A stretch of DNA of 64,000 bases from an uncultured Methanosarcinales archaeon (lineage in GTDB: Archaea > Nanobdellota > Nanobdellia > Woesearchaeales > GW2011-AR4): assembly GCA_964469645.1 (NCBI GenBank), contig CAYXZV010000003.1, positions 8,538 to 72,537 of the forward strand. Direction: 5' to 3'. The position numbers were made by a program, and so were the translations under genes. Shown here one piece after another: positions 1 through 9,110 of this stretch. The notes under the pieces are model-generated. The model saw only the letters and a program-made list of their open reading frames with translations. It was not told the origin of the DNA and did not search any database. Position 1 is the stretch's first letter. Every line of letters begins with the position of its first letter.

Positions 1-488
1 GTATGTAATTTACTGTAATCCAAAAAAAGACAGAATGGTTGCTTATTTTTTATTTGTAACAAAATCTCTGAATGTCGTTTTACAAGATCGTCCTTAAACT
101 CATTATGAGATCTTACCTTATCAAATCCTTGAGTTGGGATTATACTCTCATAGATCAAATCACATTCCGTATGATATCCCTGTTCTTTGAAATACTGCGC
201 CAAAGTGAAGCACTTTTTTTTGTCAAAACTATAACTCTTGTAGTATCCATTGACCCCATTGTCATTTCCATTCATACCAGAAAATACTGCATGCAAAGAC
301 GCTATGGTATAAGGTGCATAAGTTATCAAATTAGGGAAAAACACGCTATCCTTTTTCAGTTCTTGGTAATAATCAACCTTAGATATAGCATCATACCTAG
401 CTCCGTCTATCATTATCATAATTATATTTGGTTTTTTCCCAGAAAATTTACTTGAAAGTTTTCCAAAGAATTTTGGTGCTTTAAACAT
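1..488 (-). CDS. Alkaline-phosphatase-superfamily (phosphodiesterase/sulfatase-like) protein, N-terminal part; the gene runs off the window edge
   Basis: Manual minus-strand translation from ATG at 488-486 gives MFKAPKFFGKLSSKFSGKKPNIIMIMIDGARYDAIS...APYTIASLHAVFSG. The IDGxRxD metal-binding motif and Thr/Ser-containing nucleophile loop are typical of the AP superfamily. It overlaps the stop of the upstream gene by 8 nt. It is absent from the ORF track because it has no stop inside the window. Confidence 0.5.
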   Translation of the reverse strand, partial: MFKAPKFFGKLSSKFSGKKPNIIMIMIDGARYDAISKVDYYQELKKDSVFFPNLITYAPYTIASLHAVFSGMNGNDNGVNGYYKSYSFDKKKCFTLAQYFKEQGYHTECDLIYESIIPTQGFDKVRSHNEFKDDLVKRHSEILLQIKNKQPFCLFLDYSKLH

Positions 489-1806
489 TTTTATTTTCCA
501 TATAACCGAGCTTTCTCAGCAATTTTTTTGATCTTTCTGTTAAATCTACATCCTCATCACCTTTTGAATGATTCATCCATTCAAATAATTTCCCCCTTAA
601 CTCTTTGGCCACTCCAAGCTCTTTGTTTATTAGGTTTACATTCTCCTTTGGGTCTTCTTTTAAATTATATAATTCATAGATGTCATTTTCTGGGTGGGGG
701 ATATAAATAAGCTTCCATTCGTTAGTTCTTATCATCCTCCACTTGCCTTTTATTCCAGGAAAAAATGTCCTGTTGTTTTGTTTAAACTCCATCTTCCCAT
801 TTTCTGCAAACAGGTATTTCCTATCATCTTCACCCTCATTTATTATAGGGACTAAGCTCTTTCCATCAACCTTTTCTATTAAAGGTATATCTAAAATGTC
901 TAAGATAGTAGGCATGATATCTATCGTCTGAACTTGAGTTTCTATTTTTTTTCCTTGTATCTTAGGGGCATGAATTATCAAAGGTATTCTTATTCCTTCT
1001 TCATATAAGCACAGACTATGCTGGAAAGAAAGGCCATGCTCTCCAAGACCCTCTCCATGATCTGCAGTTATAATAATCGAAGTTTTATCCTTTAATTTTA
1101 GTTCTTCGATGTATTTGATTATATAACTCACTTGCATATCTATAAACTTTATTAAGCCGTCATACTGGGCTATTGCGTTATGAACTTTCTCTTTCGGAAG
1201 ATTAATGTTAAAAACTATATCCCCCTTCTTGTCGCTCCAATCATCAAATACGCTTTCTCCTTTATAGCCGGGATTAAACATCTCATCAAAAGGTTTTGGT
1301 GGTTCATAAGGAGTATGCAAGTCGGCATAGTGCAGATATAGGAAGAATTTTTTATGCTTATTTTTTTTAATTTGGCTTTTTGCAAAATCAGTTAATTCTT
1401 CTGCCCTGGTTACTTCTTTCTTGTGAATTAATCTTTTTATTTTATTTTTTATTCTCCATTGCAATGAAGAAAACTCATCAAAACCTTTTTCAATTCCGCT
1501 ATCCATAGAATCTATATCGTAACCTATCGTCCTATAACCATGTGCTTGCAAAATTTCTGCTAAAGTTGTAATTTTTGGATTTAGTTTATGCCTAAGAATA
1601 AACCTAAGCCCATGTGAATGGGGGTATAAACCAGTCATCATTGAAGCTACGGAAGGTGTTGAACTAGGTATTGCAGTAATAGAATTAGTAAAAAAAGCAC
1701 TTTCATTTGCAATTCTATCAATATTTGGACTGGTATCCCTATTATAACCACTTTTTCCTAAATGGTCAAAACGTAATGCATCTACTACAATAAAGATAAC
1801 GTTCAT
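481..1806 (-). CDS. Sulfatase-family (AP superfamily) protein with a non-canonical active-site motif
   Basis: 441 aa. N-terminus IFIVVDALRFDHLG...SSTPSVASMMTG aligns to the sulfatase signature CxPSRxxxxTG, but with Cys replaced by Ser and Arg by Val. A C-terminal HGEGLGEHG metal-binding motif is present. Confidence 0.65.
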   Translation of the reverse strand: MNVIFIVVDALRFDHLGKSGYNRDTSPNIDRIANESAFFTNSITAIPSSTPSVASMMTGLYPHSHGLRFILRHKLNPKITTLAEILQAHGYRTIGYDIDSMDSGIEKGFDEFSSLQWRIKNKIKRLIHKKEVTRAEELTDFAKSQIKKNKHKKFFLYLHYADLHTPYEPPKPFDEMFNPGYKGESVFDDWSDKKGDIVFNINLPKEKVHNAIAQYDGLIKFIDMQVSYIIKYIEELKLKDKTSIIITADHGEGLGEHGLSFQHSLCLYEEGIRIPLIIHAPKIQGKKIETQVQTIDIMPTILDILDIPLIEKVDGKSLVPIINEGEDDRKYLFAENGKMEFKQNNRTFFPGIKGKWRMIRTNEWKLIYIPHPENDIYELYNLKEDPKENVNLINKELGVAKELRGKLFEWMNHSKGDEDVDLTERSKKLLRKLGYMENKNV

Positions 1807-1908
1807 TGTCGACTAATGGAACCATAATCAGTTTAAATACCTTTTTATGTTCATACTATATTCGATTTGAGAAAGGTTTAAATAAAAAAAGCCATTAAAA
1901 AATTCACT

Positions 1909-2778
1909 ATGACAGACAATAAAATCACCTATAAGGAGATTAAAGCAAAACAGGGAAAAAATTTGAAATCGATCTATTATAATATATACAGAAGGTTCTC
2001 CACACCCTTCACATATGTTTTTGTCAAACTAGGATTTTCTCCAAGTGCGGTATCTATATTAAATTTATTTCCTGCCTTAATTGGATACTTTTTTTTAGCT
2101 ACTGGAAATTATTTTTTGATGGGAATAGGGCTTTTATTTTTCATCCTATACAAAATATGGGATTGTTCAGATGGGGAAGTTGCAAGGATCCAGAATCCAA
2201 AAGCTATGGATCCAAAGCACAAAAAGGTAGAAGGGATGTATTTTGATGCAGTCGCACATTTCATAGAGCCAATTTTTTTTGGAGCTGGATTAGGTGTTGG
2301 GCTTTATAAGTTATACAACACCGAGATGTATATCACTTTTGGAATTTTTTTAGCGGTTATATTTACATTAGAGTATGCATTAAGAGAGTTGGTAAGATCT
2401 TACTTCAGGAAGGGCATTATAGAAAAAAAAATAAAATTGAAAAAAGAATTGAAATATATTCAAAAAGAATTGAATGGAAGAATGGTCAAAGGACATTCTT
2501 GGCAAGAACAAAATATCATCTTTAAAATATTCGGCTTTTATCCTCCTGGACTGATATACAGCAGGGAATATATTGATCCCATGCTGGTATTTGCTATTAT
2601 TATAGAATTTGTATCTGGCAAATTTATTAACATCCCATTCGATATATTTGGGCAGGCAATCGGCATATTATCAATATACCTTTTTGTTGTCGGTATTGTA
2701 AAACTAACAGGAATTATCAGCTTTATCACAAAAATGGTAAAGAATAAATACCTCACTAATTTTCTGAATGAATTATGA
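1909..2778 (+). CDS. CDP-alcohol phosphatidyltransferase family membrane protein
   Basis: 289 aa polytopic membrane protein. DCSDGEVAR...G...D...A matches the D-x2-DG-x2-AR...G-x3-D core of CDP-alcohol phosphatidyltransferases. It overlaps the next gene by 11 nt. Confidence 0.55.
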   Translation: MTDNKITYKEIKAKQGKNLKSIYYNIYRRFSTPFTYVFVKLGFSPSAVSILNLFPALIGYFFLATGNYFLMGIGLLFFILYKIWDCSDGEVARIQNPKAMDPKHKKVEGMYFDAVAHFIEPIFFGAGLGVGLYKLYNTEMYITFGIFLAVIFTLEYALRELVRSYFRKGIIEKKIKLKKELKYIQKELNGRMVKGHSWQEQNIIFKIFGFYPPGLIYSREYIDPMLVFAIIIEFVSGKFINIPFDIFGQAIGILSIYLFVVGIVKLTGIISFITKMVKNKYLTNFLNEL

Positions 2779-2812
2779 AGTTAGGACGATCTGCAAGATA
2801 AATTCAATAAAA

Positions 2813-3883
2813 ATGACATATTACCATGAAGCAGGACTGATAGACAGCACAGACGACATCCAGTTTAAAGTATATAGCAGCACACACCCTAAAGGATTTA
2901 TCATAGCAAAGCCTAAGTATGTTCCTGCAGATTTACTTTCTTTAACGGGACTGAAAAAAAGATTCTTATTCAGTAAATGTATGTTTCGGTTCAATTTATT
3001 CAACAAAAAAGAGGTAGTAGAAAAAAACCTGGATGCCATACGAAGCAAGTTCCCATATTATATCTATGAATGTAAAAAGCATCAAAACTGGTTTTTAGGC
3101 GTACCCGAGAAAAAGGTAAAGAAATTCTACGACACTAAGAAAGGCTTGCAAGAATTGCTTAAAGTTCCTGAGGAGGACCTAGATGATTACCTGAAAGCCG
3201 TGAGAAAATTGGTTGACATTCTTGTTGAAGCCGGAATTCCAACTGAAAATCTAGGAATAAGCCATTCAACTTTATTGGGAAACTACACTCCCGGAGAATC
3301 TGATATTGATATGCTAATTTTTGGGATGGATAATGGGTGGAAAGCAATCAAGCATCTGGAAAAATACAAAAATCCATCTCTAAAATGGAAATCAAAGGAA
3401 GACTGGGCTACATATTACCAAAAAAGAGTTGTATCTAAGGTGTACACAGAAGAGGAATATGTAGCAAACATGGTCAGGAAAAAAGATGACGGGTTCATTG
3501 ACGGCAATGTTTTCTCTTTGTTCTGTATTGAAAATAAGGATGAATCGTGGTATGATTGGGAAGCACAACATGAACCATTAGGAACAGTAAAGATAAATGC
3601 GAAGGTAAAGGATGCATATCATTCCATTGTAAGACCCGGATACTATGAACTTGAAGAAACAAAAATACTGGAAGGTCATGAAGATGTACCAATAAAGCGC
3701 ATTGTAACATGGGCAAGGCCTTTTAGCTTACAGGCAAAAGAAAATGAACGTATAGAAGCCTGCGGACTTCTGGAAAAAGTCAAGTCAAAAGAAGGTGAAT
3801 TTTATCAAGTGGTAATAGGATACTTTGATACTTACACAACTGACAGGGGTGAAAAAGAGTACTTAAAAGCTCTCATAAGCTAG
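2813..3883 (+). CDS. Pol-beta-superfamily nucleotidyltransferase-domain protein (paralog A), function unknown
   Basis: Central NTase motif LGISHSTLLGNYTPGESDIDMLIFG (G-x-x-x-G...[DE]hDh). A ~150-aa N-terminal domain (HPKGFIIAKPKYVPADL) precedes it. The start is moved to ATG 2813 (MTYYHEAG) because the alignment with the downstream paralog begins there; the track start is 2768. Confidence 0.5.
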   Translation: MTYYHEAGLIDSTDDIQFKVYSSTHPKGFIIAKPKYVPADLLSLTGLKKRFLFSKCMFRFNLFNKKEVVEKNLDAIRSKFPYYIYECKKHQNWFLGVPEKKVKKFYDTKKGLQELLKVPEEDLDDYLKAVRKLVDILVEAGIPTENLGISHSTLLGNYTPGESDIDMLIFGMDNGWKAIKHLEKYKNPSLKWKSKEDWATYYQKRVVSKVYTEEEYVANMVRKKDDGFIDGNVFSLFCIENKDESWYDWEAQHEPLGTVKINAKVKDAYHSIVRPGYYELEETKILEGHEDVPIKRIVTWARPFSLQAKENERIEACGLLEKVKSKEGEFYQVVIGYFDTYTTDRGEKEYLKALIS

Positions 3884-3884
3884 A

Positions 3885-4973
3885 ATGCACTACTATGAAT
3901 CATCTATGATCACAACCAAGGATGGGCTCATTTGTCAAGTTTATGGTAATGAACATCCCAAAGGTAGGATTTTGGTTAAACCAAAATATATCCCTACAGA
4001 CAAAATATCTAGCGATGCACTGCCCTATAGGTTTATTTCCGGAAGGAAAATGAATAGGTTAGATCTTTGGATAGATAAAGATAAACTTAAGGAGTACCTA
4101 ACTGCTTTTACAAAGGAATATCCTGATTATGTTTTTAAGAGTGAAGTTCATGATAAAAGTCCACTTTTTTTCGCTGTTCCTGAAGAAGATATCGAAAAGG
4201 CATATTCTCCCAATAAAGGTTTAGCCGAACTTATGAGTATTCCAATCAAGGATTTAGATGACCACCTAAGAGCACTAGTAGAATTTGTATCATTTCTTCT
4301 CAAGAGCGGTATCAAACTGAAAGATTTAGGCATTACATATTCGACATTGATGGGTCATTATTCCCCAAATATGTCCGATATAAACATTGTAGTATATGGC
4401 AAAGAAAAATTCTGGGAATTGATGAAATTTCTGGAGAAAAATAAAGATAAGGATCTAAAATGGAAAACTTACGAAGAATGGGAAAACTTCTACAAAAAAA
4501 GGAACAGGCATATGATACATAAAAAAGAGATATATATAGAGAATATGTATAGGAAAAAATCTGAAGGCTTCTTTAAAGATACCTTGTTTGTCATATTTGC
4601 GGTGGAGAATGAAGATGAAACATGGTTTAAATGGGGGGAAGAAGGATACAAGCAAGTAGGAGTAGCCAAATTTGAGGGTTTGGTTACTGACAACAAAAAC
4701 TCCGTTGTCAGACCCGGTTGTTATGAAATTTCAGATACAAAATTTGTTGATGGAGACGAATCATGCAGGAATCTGCAAATAAGCAAGATCGTATTCTATT
4801 CCAGAGATTATTGCATGCTTGCTTATCCAGATGAAAAGATTGAAGCTAGTGGAGTTATTGAGGAAGTTACTCCAAAATCAGGTGAGAGATATTACCGGTT
4901 AGTTATTGGGTACTTTGATTCTTATTTGACTGAAAGACGAGATGAAGAATACATAAAAGTTATTGAGGACTAA
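3885..4973 (+). CDS. Pol-beta-superfamily nucleotidyltransferase-domain protein (paralog B), possibly catalytically altered
   Basis: It shares the paralog-A architecture (MHYYESS...HPKGRILVKPKYIPTD; YSTLMGHYSPNMSDINIVVYG). The second Asp of the catalytic dyad is Asn (DIN instead of DID). It begins 1 nt after the paralog-A stop. Confidence 0.5.
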   Translation: MHYYESSMITTKDGLICQVYGNEHPKGRILVKPKYIPTDKISSDALPYRFISGRKMNRLDLWIDKDKLKEYLTAFTKEYPDYVFKSEVHDKSPLFFAVPEEDIEKAYSPNKGLAELMSIPIKDLDDHLRALVEFVSFLLKSGIKLKDLGITYSTLMGHYSPNMSDINIVVYGKEKFWELMKFLEKNKDKDLKWKTYEEWENFYKKRNRHMIHKKEIYIENMYRKKSEGFFKDTLFVIFAVENEDETWFKWGEEGYKQVGVAKFEGLVTDNKNSVVRPGCYEISDTKFVDGDESCRNLQISKIVFYSRDYCMLAYPDEKIEASGVIEEVTPKSGERYYRLVIGYFDSYLTERRDEEYIKVIED

Positions 4974-4974
4974 G

Positions 4975-5580
4975 ATGGAAGAAACTGATAAATTATTTGG
5001 AGAAGATGTAAGTTTTAAGGATAATTGTAATCTATGTAATGAACAGAAGTATGAAGTCGGAGAAAAAACGGAGTATGGAGTAATAATCTATAAAATTGGC
5101 AGTCAAAAAAATGGCTGGTTTGCTACTTTATCTCCTAAAACCGGTGGAAACGCTAAAGATTTTACAATACAACTAATGCCATTTTCTCATCTAACTCATT
5201 TTTCTCAAATTGAGTCGCACAAAGGATTAGCAGAAAGTTATGGGATTGCATTCTCCAAGCTATCCATGGCTATGACAAGAATTATGATTGAAAATGAAGG
5301 GTTGAAATCTACTACTAAAGAAAAAAAGTTATCAGTGCCAATAGCAACTTATGGGAAATCAACGACGTGGAAAGAAAAAAAAGAGCATTTGCACATTAAG
5401 ATTTTCCCGTTTAGAGGAAACATTGGCCAACCATACACGGTTGACAGCTCCTTTGGAAGGAAAGAAATATTTAAGGATAAAACAGGGGAGTTTGTGAAGA
5501 TGAACCCTGTCAAAAAAGTAATGATTGGGGAAGAAAGGTTTGAAAAGCTGGTAAAAGACCTTATATCTCTGTTAAAATGA
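4975..5580 (+). CDS. HIT-superfamily-like nucleotide hydrolase/transferase (divergent triad HLHIK)
   Basis: N-terminal CNLC zinc-knuckle-like motif, then WFATLSPKTGGNAKDFTIQLMP (Hint/Fhit-like nucleotide-binding strand), then C-terminal HLHIKIFP resembling the HxHxHxx histidine triad with the third His replaced by Lys. The track start 4963 is a TTG; ATG 4975 (MEETDK) is preferred. Confidence 0.4.
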   Translation: MEETDKLFGEDVSFKDNCNLCNEQKYEVGEKTEYGVIIYKIGSQKNGWFATLSPKTGGNAKDFTIQLMPFSHLTHFSQIESHKGLAESYGIAFSKLSMAMTRIMIENEGLKSTTKEKKLSVPIATYGKSTTWKEKKEHLHIKIFPFRGNIGQPYTVDSSFGRKEIFKDKTGEFVKMNPVKKVMIGEERFEKLVKDLISLLK

Positions 5581-6446
5581 TAGACTTGCAAAACCATACT
5601 GTGGCTTCTGATGGTGAACTAACTCCTGAAGAGCTTATCGACCTTGCTGTAGAAAAGAAATTAAGTGCAATTGCGATAACAGATCATGATTCTATAGCAT
5701 CTGTAGAAAAAGCAGTTGAATATTCTAAAGGCAAGGGTATAGAAGTGGTACCAGGAATAGAACTAAGCTGTGATGACCCTCTGTTTAGCTATGATAAGGT
5801 AGATGTTTTAGGTCTTTTTATAGATTTCAATAATCAGAAACTTATCGATTTGATAAAACACATAAACGACAAAAGGGAAGAGAATAAAAAATTAATAATT
5901 GAGAAGCTAAAAGGTCTTGGATATGAGGTAGAATATGAAGATGTCAAAAAAACTGTTGGTGGAACATTCGGAAGGCCGCATATTGCAAAATATCTTCTAA
6001 AGAAATATCCTGATAAATTCAGTTCTGTCAGGGATGTTTTTGATGAATTATTAGGAGTCGGGAAAAAGGCTTTTGTAGGCACTATAGGCAGAGTTTCAAT
6101 AAAAGATGGTATAAAAACAATACAAGAAGCAGGAGGGGTAGCTATTTTAGCACATCCTGGAGTCTATCCCAAGGAGGATTCTATCAAACTAATAGATTTT
6201 TTTGTGGAGAATGGTGGTGATGGAATGGAAACATATTACCCTTACCATATAATATGTCCTGAAAAGAATATTGATGAAAGTGGCAATCAAGATCTGATAA
6301 ATTTTTACAAAGGTATTGCAAAATCAAAGAAAATACTCGAGAGCGGCGGTAATGATCATCACGATAAGGGTAGAGCTACTATGGGCAAGGTAGCTGTACC
6401 AGAAAAGGTTTTGGAGAATCTAAAAAACAAAATACCGGTTTCTTAA
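5577..6446 (+). CDS. PHP-domain metal-dependent phosphoesterase
   Basis: LQNHTVASDGELTPEELIDLAVEKKLSAIAITDHDSIASV is the PHP (polymerase/histidinol-phosphatase) N-terminal His motif. ATGA start/stop overlap with the upstream gene. Confidence 0.7.
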   Translation: MIDLQNHTVASDGELTPEELIDLAVEKKLSAIAITDHDSIASVEKAVEYSKGKGIEVVPGIELSCDDPLFSYDKVDVLGLFIDFNNQKLIDLIKHINDKREENKKLIIEKLKGLGYEVEYEDVKKTVGGTFGRPHIAKYLLKKYPDKFSSVRDVFDELLGVGKKAFVGTIGRVSIKDGIKTIQEAGGVAILAHPGVYPKEDSIKLIDFFVENGGDGMETYYPYHIICPEKNIDESGNQDLINFYKGIAKSKKILESGGNDHHDKGRATMGKVAVPEKVLENLKNKIPVS

Positions 6447-6447
6447 A

Positions 6448-6981
6448 ATGGCAAAACAAGGATGGACTTTATGGTTTACAGGTCTGCATGGTTCTGGGAA
6501 ATCGACAATAGCTGAAAAACTTGTCAACATACTGAAGGGAAAAAACATTCAGGTAATCCTTCTCGATGGTGACGAAATGAGGAAAACAATATCAGCAGAC
6601 TTAGGCTATTCTAAAGAAGAGAGGAACGAACATATGAAACGTGTAGCGAACCTTTGCAAAGAAAAATCCCAGGAAGGGGCATTTACAATAGCTTCTGTAG
6701 CTTCTCCAACAGAACAATCCAGGGAATACGCAAGAAAAGTTTTGGATAAAATTCTCATAGTATATGTAAAATGCCCTTTGGAAGTATGCCAAAAAAGGGA
6801 TGTCAAGGGTCATTATAAAAAAGCCAAAGAAAATGAAAAGGGTTTTGAGAACTTTATGAAAATTTCTTCGAATTTTGAAGAGCCAAAGAATCCAGATATA
6901 GTGCTTGAAACAGACAAGGAAAGTGTGGATGAATCAGTAGACAATCTATTGAGTAAATTAAAGGAAAAAGGCATAGTTTAA
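6448..6981 (+). CDS. cysC: Adenylylsulfate (APS) kinase
   Basis: P-loop GWTLWFTGLHGSGKSTIA, LLDGDEMRKTISADLGYSKEERNEHMKRV, CPLEVCQKRDVKGHYKKA and FEEPKNPDIVLETD all match conserved APS-kinase blocks. Confidence 0.8.
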   Translation: MAKQGWTLWFTGLHGSGKSTIAEKLVNILKGKNIQVILLDGDEMRKTISADLGYSKEERNEHMKRVANLCKEKSQEGAFTIASVASPTEQSREYARKVLDKILIVYVKCPLEVCQKRDVKGHYKKAKENEKGFENFMKISSNFEEPKNPDIVLETDKESVDESVDNLLSKLKEKGIV

Positions 6982-7019
6982 TGTCAAAAAACACAAGGAA
7001 TTTAGAATCAGCAAGGCAA

Positions 7020-9053
7020 TTATGTCTTAAATATTACTGCTCCTTGGCTCTGGAATATCGGCCTGAATAATCCTGATTCTGCAAGCTCCTGTAGTTTAGT
7101 ATTAGTTTCATCTGCACCGTATTTCTGTGCATACCTTCCATCTATTACCAGATATTCATAATCCCTAGATTTTAGAAAAGAATGAATTTCTTCTGCTGTT
7201 TGATTTGCTCCTGTTGTCTTAAATTCCTTTATATCGTCGCACCAAAAACATATGAATTTGTCCATCCCTATTGTAGGGCCATCTACAACAAAGCTGAAAA
7301 CCTTAGTATTTGCGGGTATATTATCTCTAATCCACAAATATGCTCCAATCTCTTCTCCAGATGTCCAGAATCCTCCTGGTGGCCATATTGCCGTGTTTAC
7401 TGCTATTTTCTGCTGTGTTGAAGTAAAGTATACTCCTGTCAGCAAGAGTATTAATACAACGAGTTTGCCTATATTTCCAACAGATTTTCTTGTCAAGTGC
7501 ATTAGCGAAAAAGCACCTTCTGTTGCTAAAATACAGACTGGTATAGCAAGCACCATCCAGGACCTAAAAGGAGACAATTTGAACTGGAAAGGAGCTGCAT
7601 TGACTGCATAAAAAAGAAAAATGAACCAAGCAACAGTGATGATGAGGTATCGATCCTTAAAATCTTTAGTTGTAAAATTAGCAACAACCAAAACAGATAA
7701 TACAATGATGCTGAAAATTGAAATGATGAGCAGGAAGAGCTGGTCAGAAACAAAAACACTAAACGGTATATCTTGCTTTTCGCCATCAACCCACACGGCC
7801 TTAGTGTATGTAGAAAAGAATAAAAAAACCATAGCAGAGGTTAAAATAAAGAAAGAAGTCAGAATAATAATTTTGTTTTTCTTTAAAGAATCTTTATATT
7901 TAAAAAGAATATAAACCAAAGCAATAACAAGAAGTATAGACAAAACAATTCCAATGCCTATGGGATTATTTATAGCATTCTGCTTTTGTGCAAAAAAGAA
8001 ATCACTAAAGGTATAAACTCTATCTCCAGTACCACCTACACTTAATGCAGCAGCTCCAGTTCCTACTTGGATACCCAAACCTTTCAGAGTTCCAGAAAGA
8101 CTGTATTTCATAATCATAGGGATCCACCAAAATGCAAAAGAAAGAATTAGCCCAAAAATACCTGCAAGGGCATGATTAACTAATATTTTCTTTTCTAAGA
8201 TCATCTTTATCAAAGCATATGATACAAAAAGCAATCCAAAGTAGGTGCTATGAGTAGGAGATGAAGTTAAAGCCGCAACCATCACCAAGCCGGTTAAAAT
8301 CCACCATTTTTTATCATGTTTTATCCTCTCAAAAGCGTAAAAGACAACAAAATAGAGCGGAACTGACAGAGATATCGCCCATATGAAATGTGACATAAAA
8401 GCAGGAATAGAGAATAGGGCAAAAGCTGCAAATAACGCCTTGTTTCTGCTTCCACTGAATTCCTTAACAAAGAAATAAAAGAATATTACGCTTAAGGAGA
8501 CGATCAGTGCATTGAAGAATTTAAGAGTCCAGTAAATAGAATCGTTAGTTTGGTGCAATATACCCATTACAACGGCATACGCCGGCGGATAGGGAGTCAT
8601 ATACCTTATAGGCCTGGCTATATCAGAAAATGCATTCTTTTCTACAGAATAAAATTTTGCAGTCTGAGAATGCCCCCAAGGATCATCATCCTCCAAATAA
8701 GGGTAATTAAATGCACCAGTTCCATAAACATAAAAGCTGGCTGCAAAAATAGCCAGCATGCCAAAAATGCTTATGTCTGTCTTGGTTAGCTTAAAGGAAA
8801 AATAAAATTTACTATAGTTCCTAAACAAATAGTATGTTGGGTATATCAAACTCAATGCCAGGATTATCCTCCAATCAGCAGGTATCTTCATTATATTGAG
8901 AACAAGGGCCAAAAATGGCAGCAAAGCGAGGCCAAAACCAAATCTCATTAAATTCCTTTCAAGAAAGTTCTCAGAATTTTTTACAAATGAGGAAATAGTG
9001 AACCCTAATCCATAGCAATATACAAAGAATAACAAGATAGTGACCATGCTCAT
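7020..9053 (-). CDS. GT-C-fold polytopic membrane glycosyltransferase (ArnT/PMT/AglB-like) with a C-terminal soluble domain
   Basis: 677 aa, about 13 predicted TM segments, an acidic loop YLEDDDPWGH after the first TM hairpin, and a ~150-aa C-terminal extracytoplasmic domain. No WWDYG motif. Confidence 0.45.
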   Translation of the reverse strand: MSMVTILLFFVYCYGLGFTISSFVKNSENFLERNLMRFGFGLALLPFLALVLNIMKIPADWRIILALSLIYPTYYLFRNYSKFYFSFKLTKTDISIFGMLAIFAASFYVYGTGAFNYPYLEDDDPWGHSQTAKFYSVEKNAFSDIARPIRYMTPYPPAYAVVMGILHQTNDSIYWTLKFFNALIVSLSVIFFYFFVKEFSGSRNKALFAAFALFSIPAFMSHFIWAISLSVPLYFVVFYAFERIKHDKKWWILTGLVMVAALTSSPTHSTYFGLLFVSYALIKMILEKKILVNHALAGIFGLILSFAFWWIPMIMKYSLSGTLKGLGIQVGTGAAALSVGGTGDRVYTFSDFFFAQKQNAINNPIGIGIVLSILLVIALVYILFKYKDSLKKNKIIILTSFFILTSAMVFLFFSTYTKAVWVDGEKQDIPFSVFVSDQLFLLIISIFSIIVLSVLVVANFTTKDFKDRYLIITVAWFIFLFYAVNAAPFQFKLSPFRSWMVLAIPVCILATEGAFSLMHLTRKSVGNIGKLVVLILLLTGVYFTSTQQKIAVNTAIWPPGGFWTSGEEIGAYLWIRDNIPANTKVFSFVVDGPTIGMDKFICFWCDDIKEFKTTGANQTAEEIHSFLKSRDYEYLVIDGRYAQKYGADETNTKLQELAESGLFRPIFQSQGAVIFKT

Positions 9054-9074
9054 GATCTAAGCTAAAAAACTTTA

Positions 9075-9087
9075 TTTTAAAAAGGTT
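9075..9087 (-). promoter_or_regulatory. BRE/TATA box (AACCTTTTTAAAA on minus strand) for the GT-C gene, about 27 nt upstream of its start at 9053
   Basis: Same AACCTTTTTAAA motif as at 14015, 32504, 32682, 39682 and 61531. The spacing implies a leaderless transcript. Confidence 0.5.
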
Positions 9088-9110
9088 GTTGTTTTTAAAG
9101 TGAAATAGTA

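Noticed and set aside
72-455. 127-aa + strand ORF at the window start
   Set aside because: It lies antisense to a well-supported minus-strand AP-superfamily gene (IDGARYD motif). Its translation is low-complexity with no motif.
528-931. Small + strand ORFs inside the sulfatase-like gene
   Set aside because: Antisense overlap with a conserved CDS; hydrophobic low-complexity translation.
7182-7914. Several + strand ORFs (79-119 aa)
   Set aside because: They are fully contained antisense within the 677-aa GT-C membrane-protein gene.
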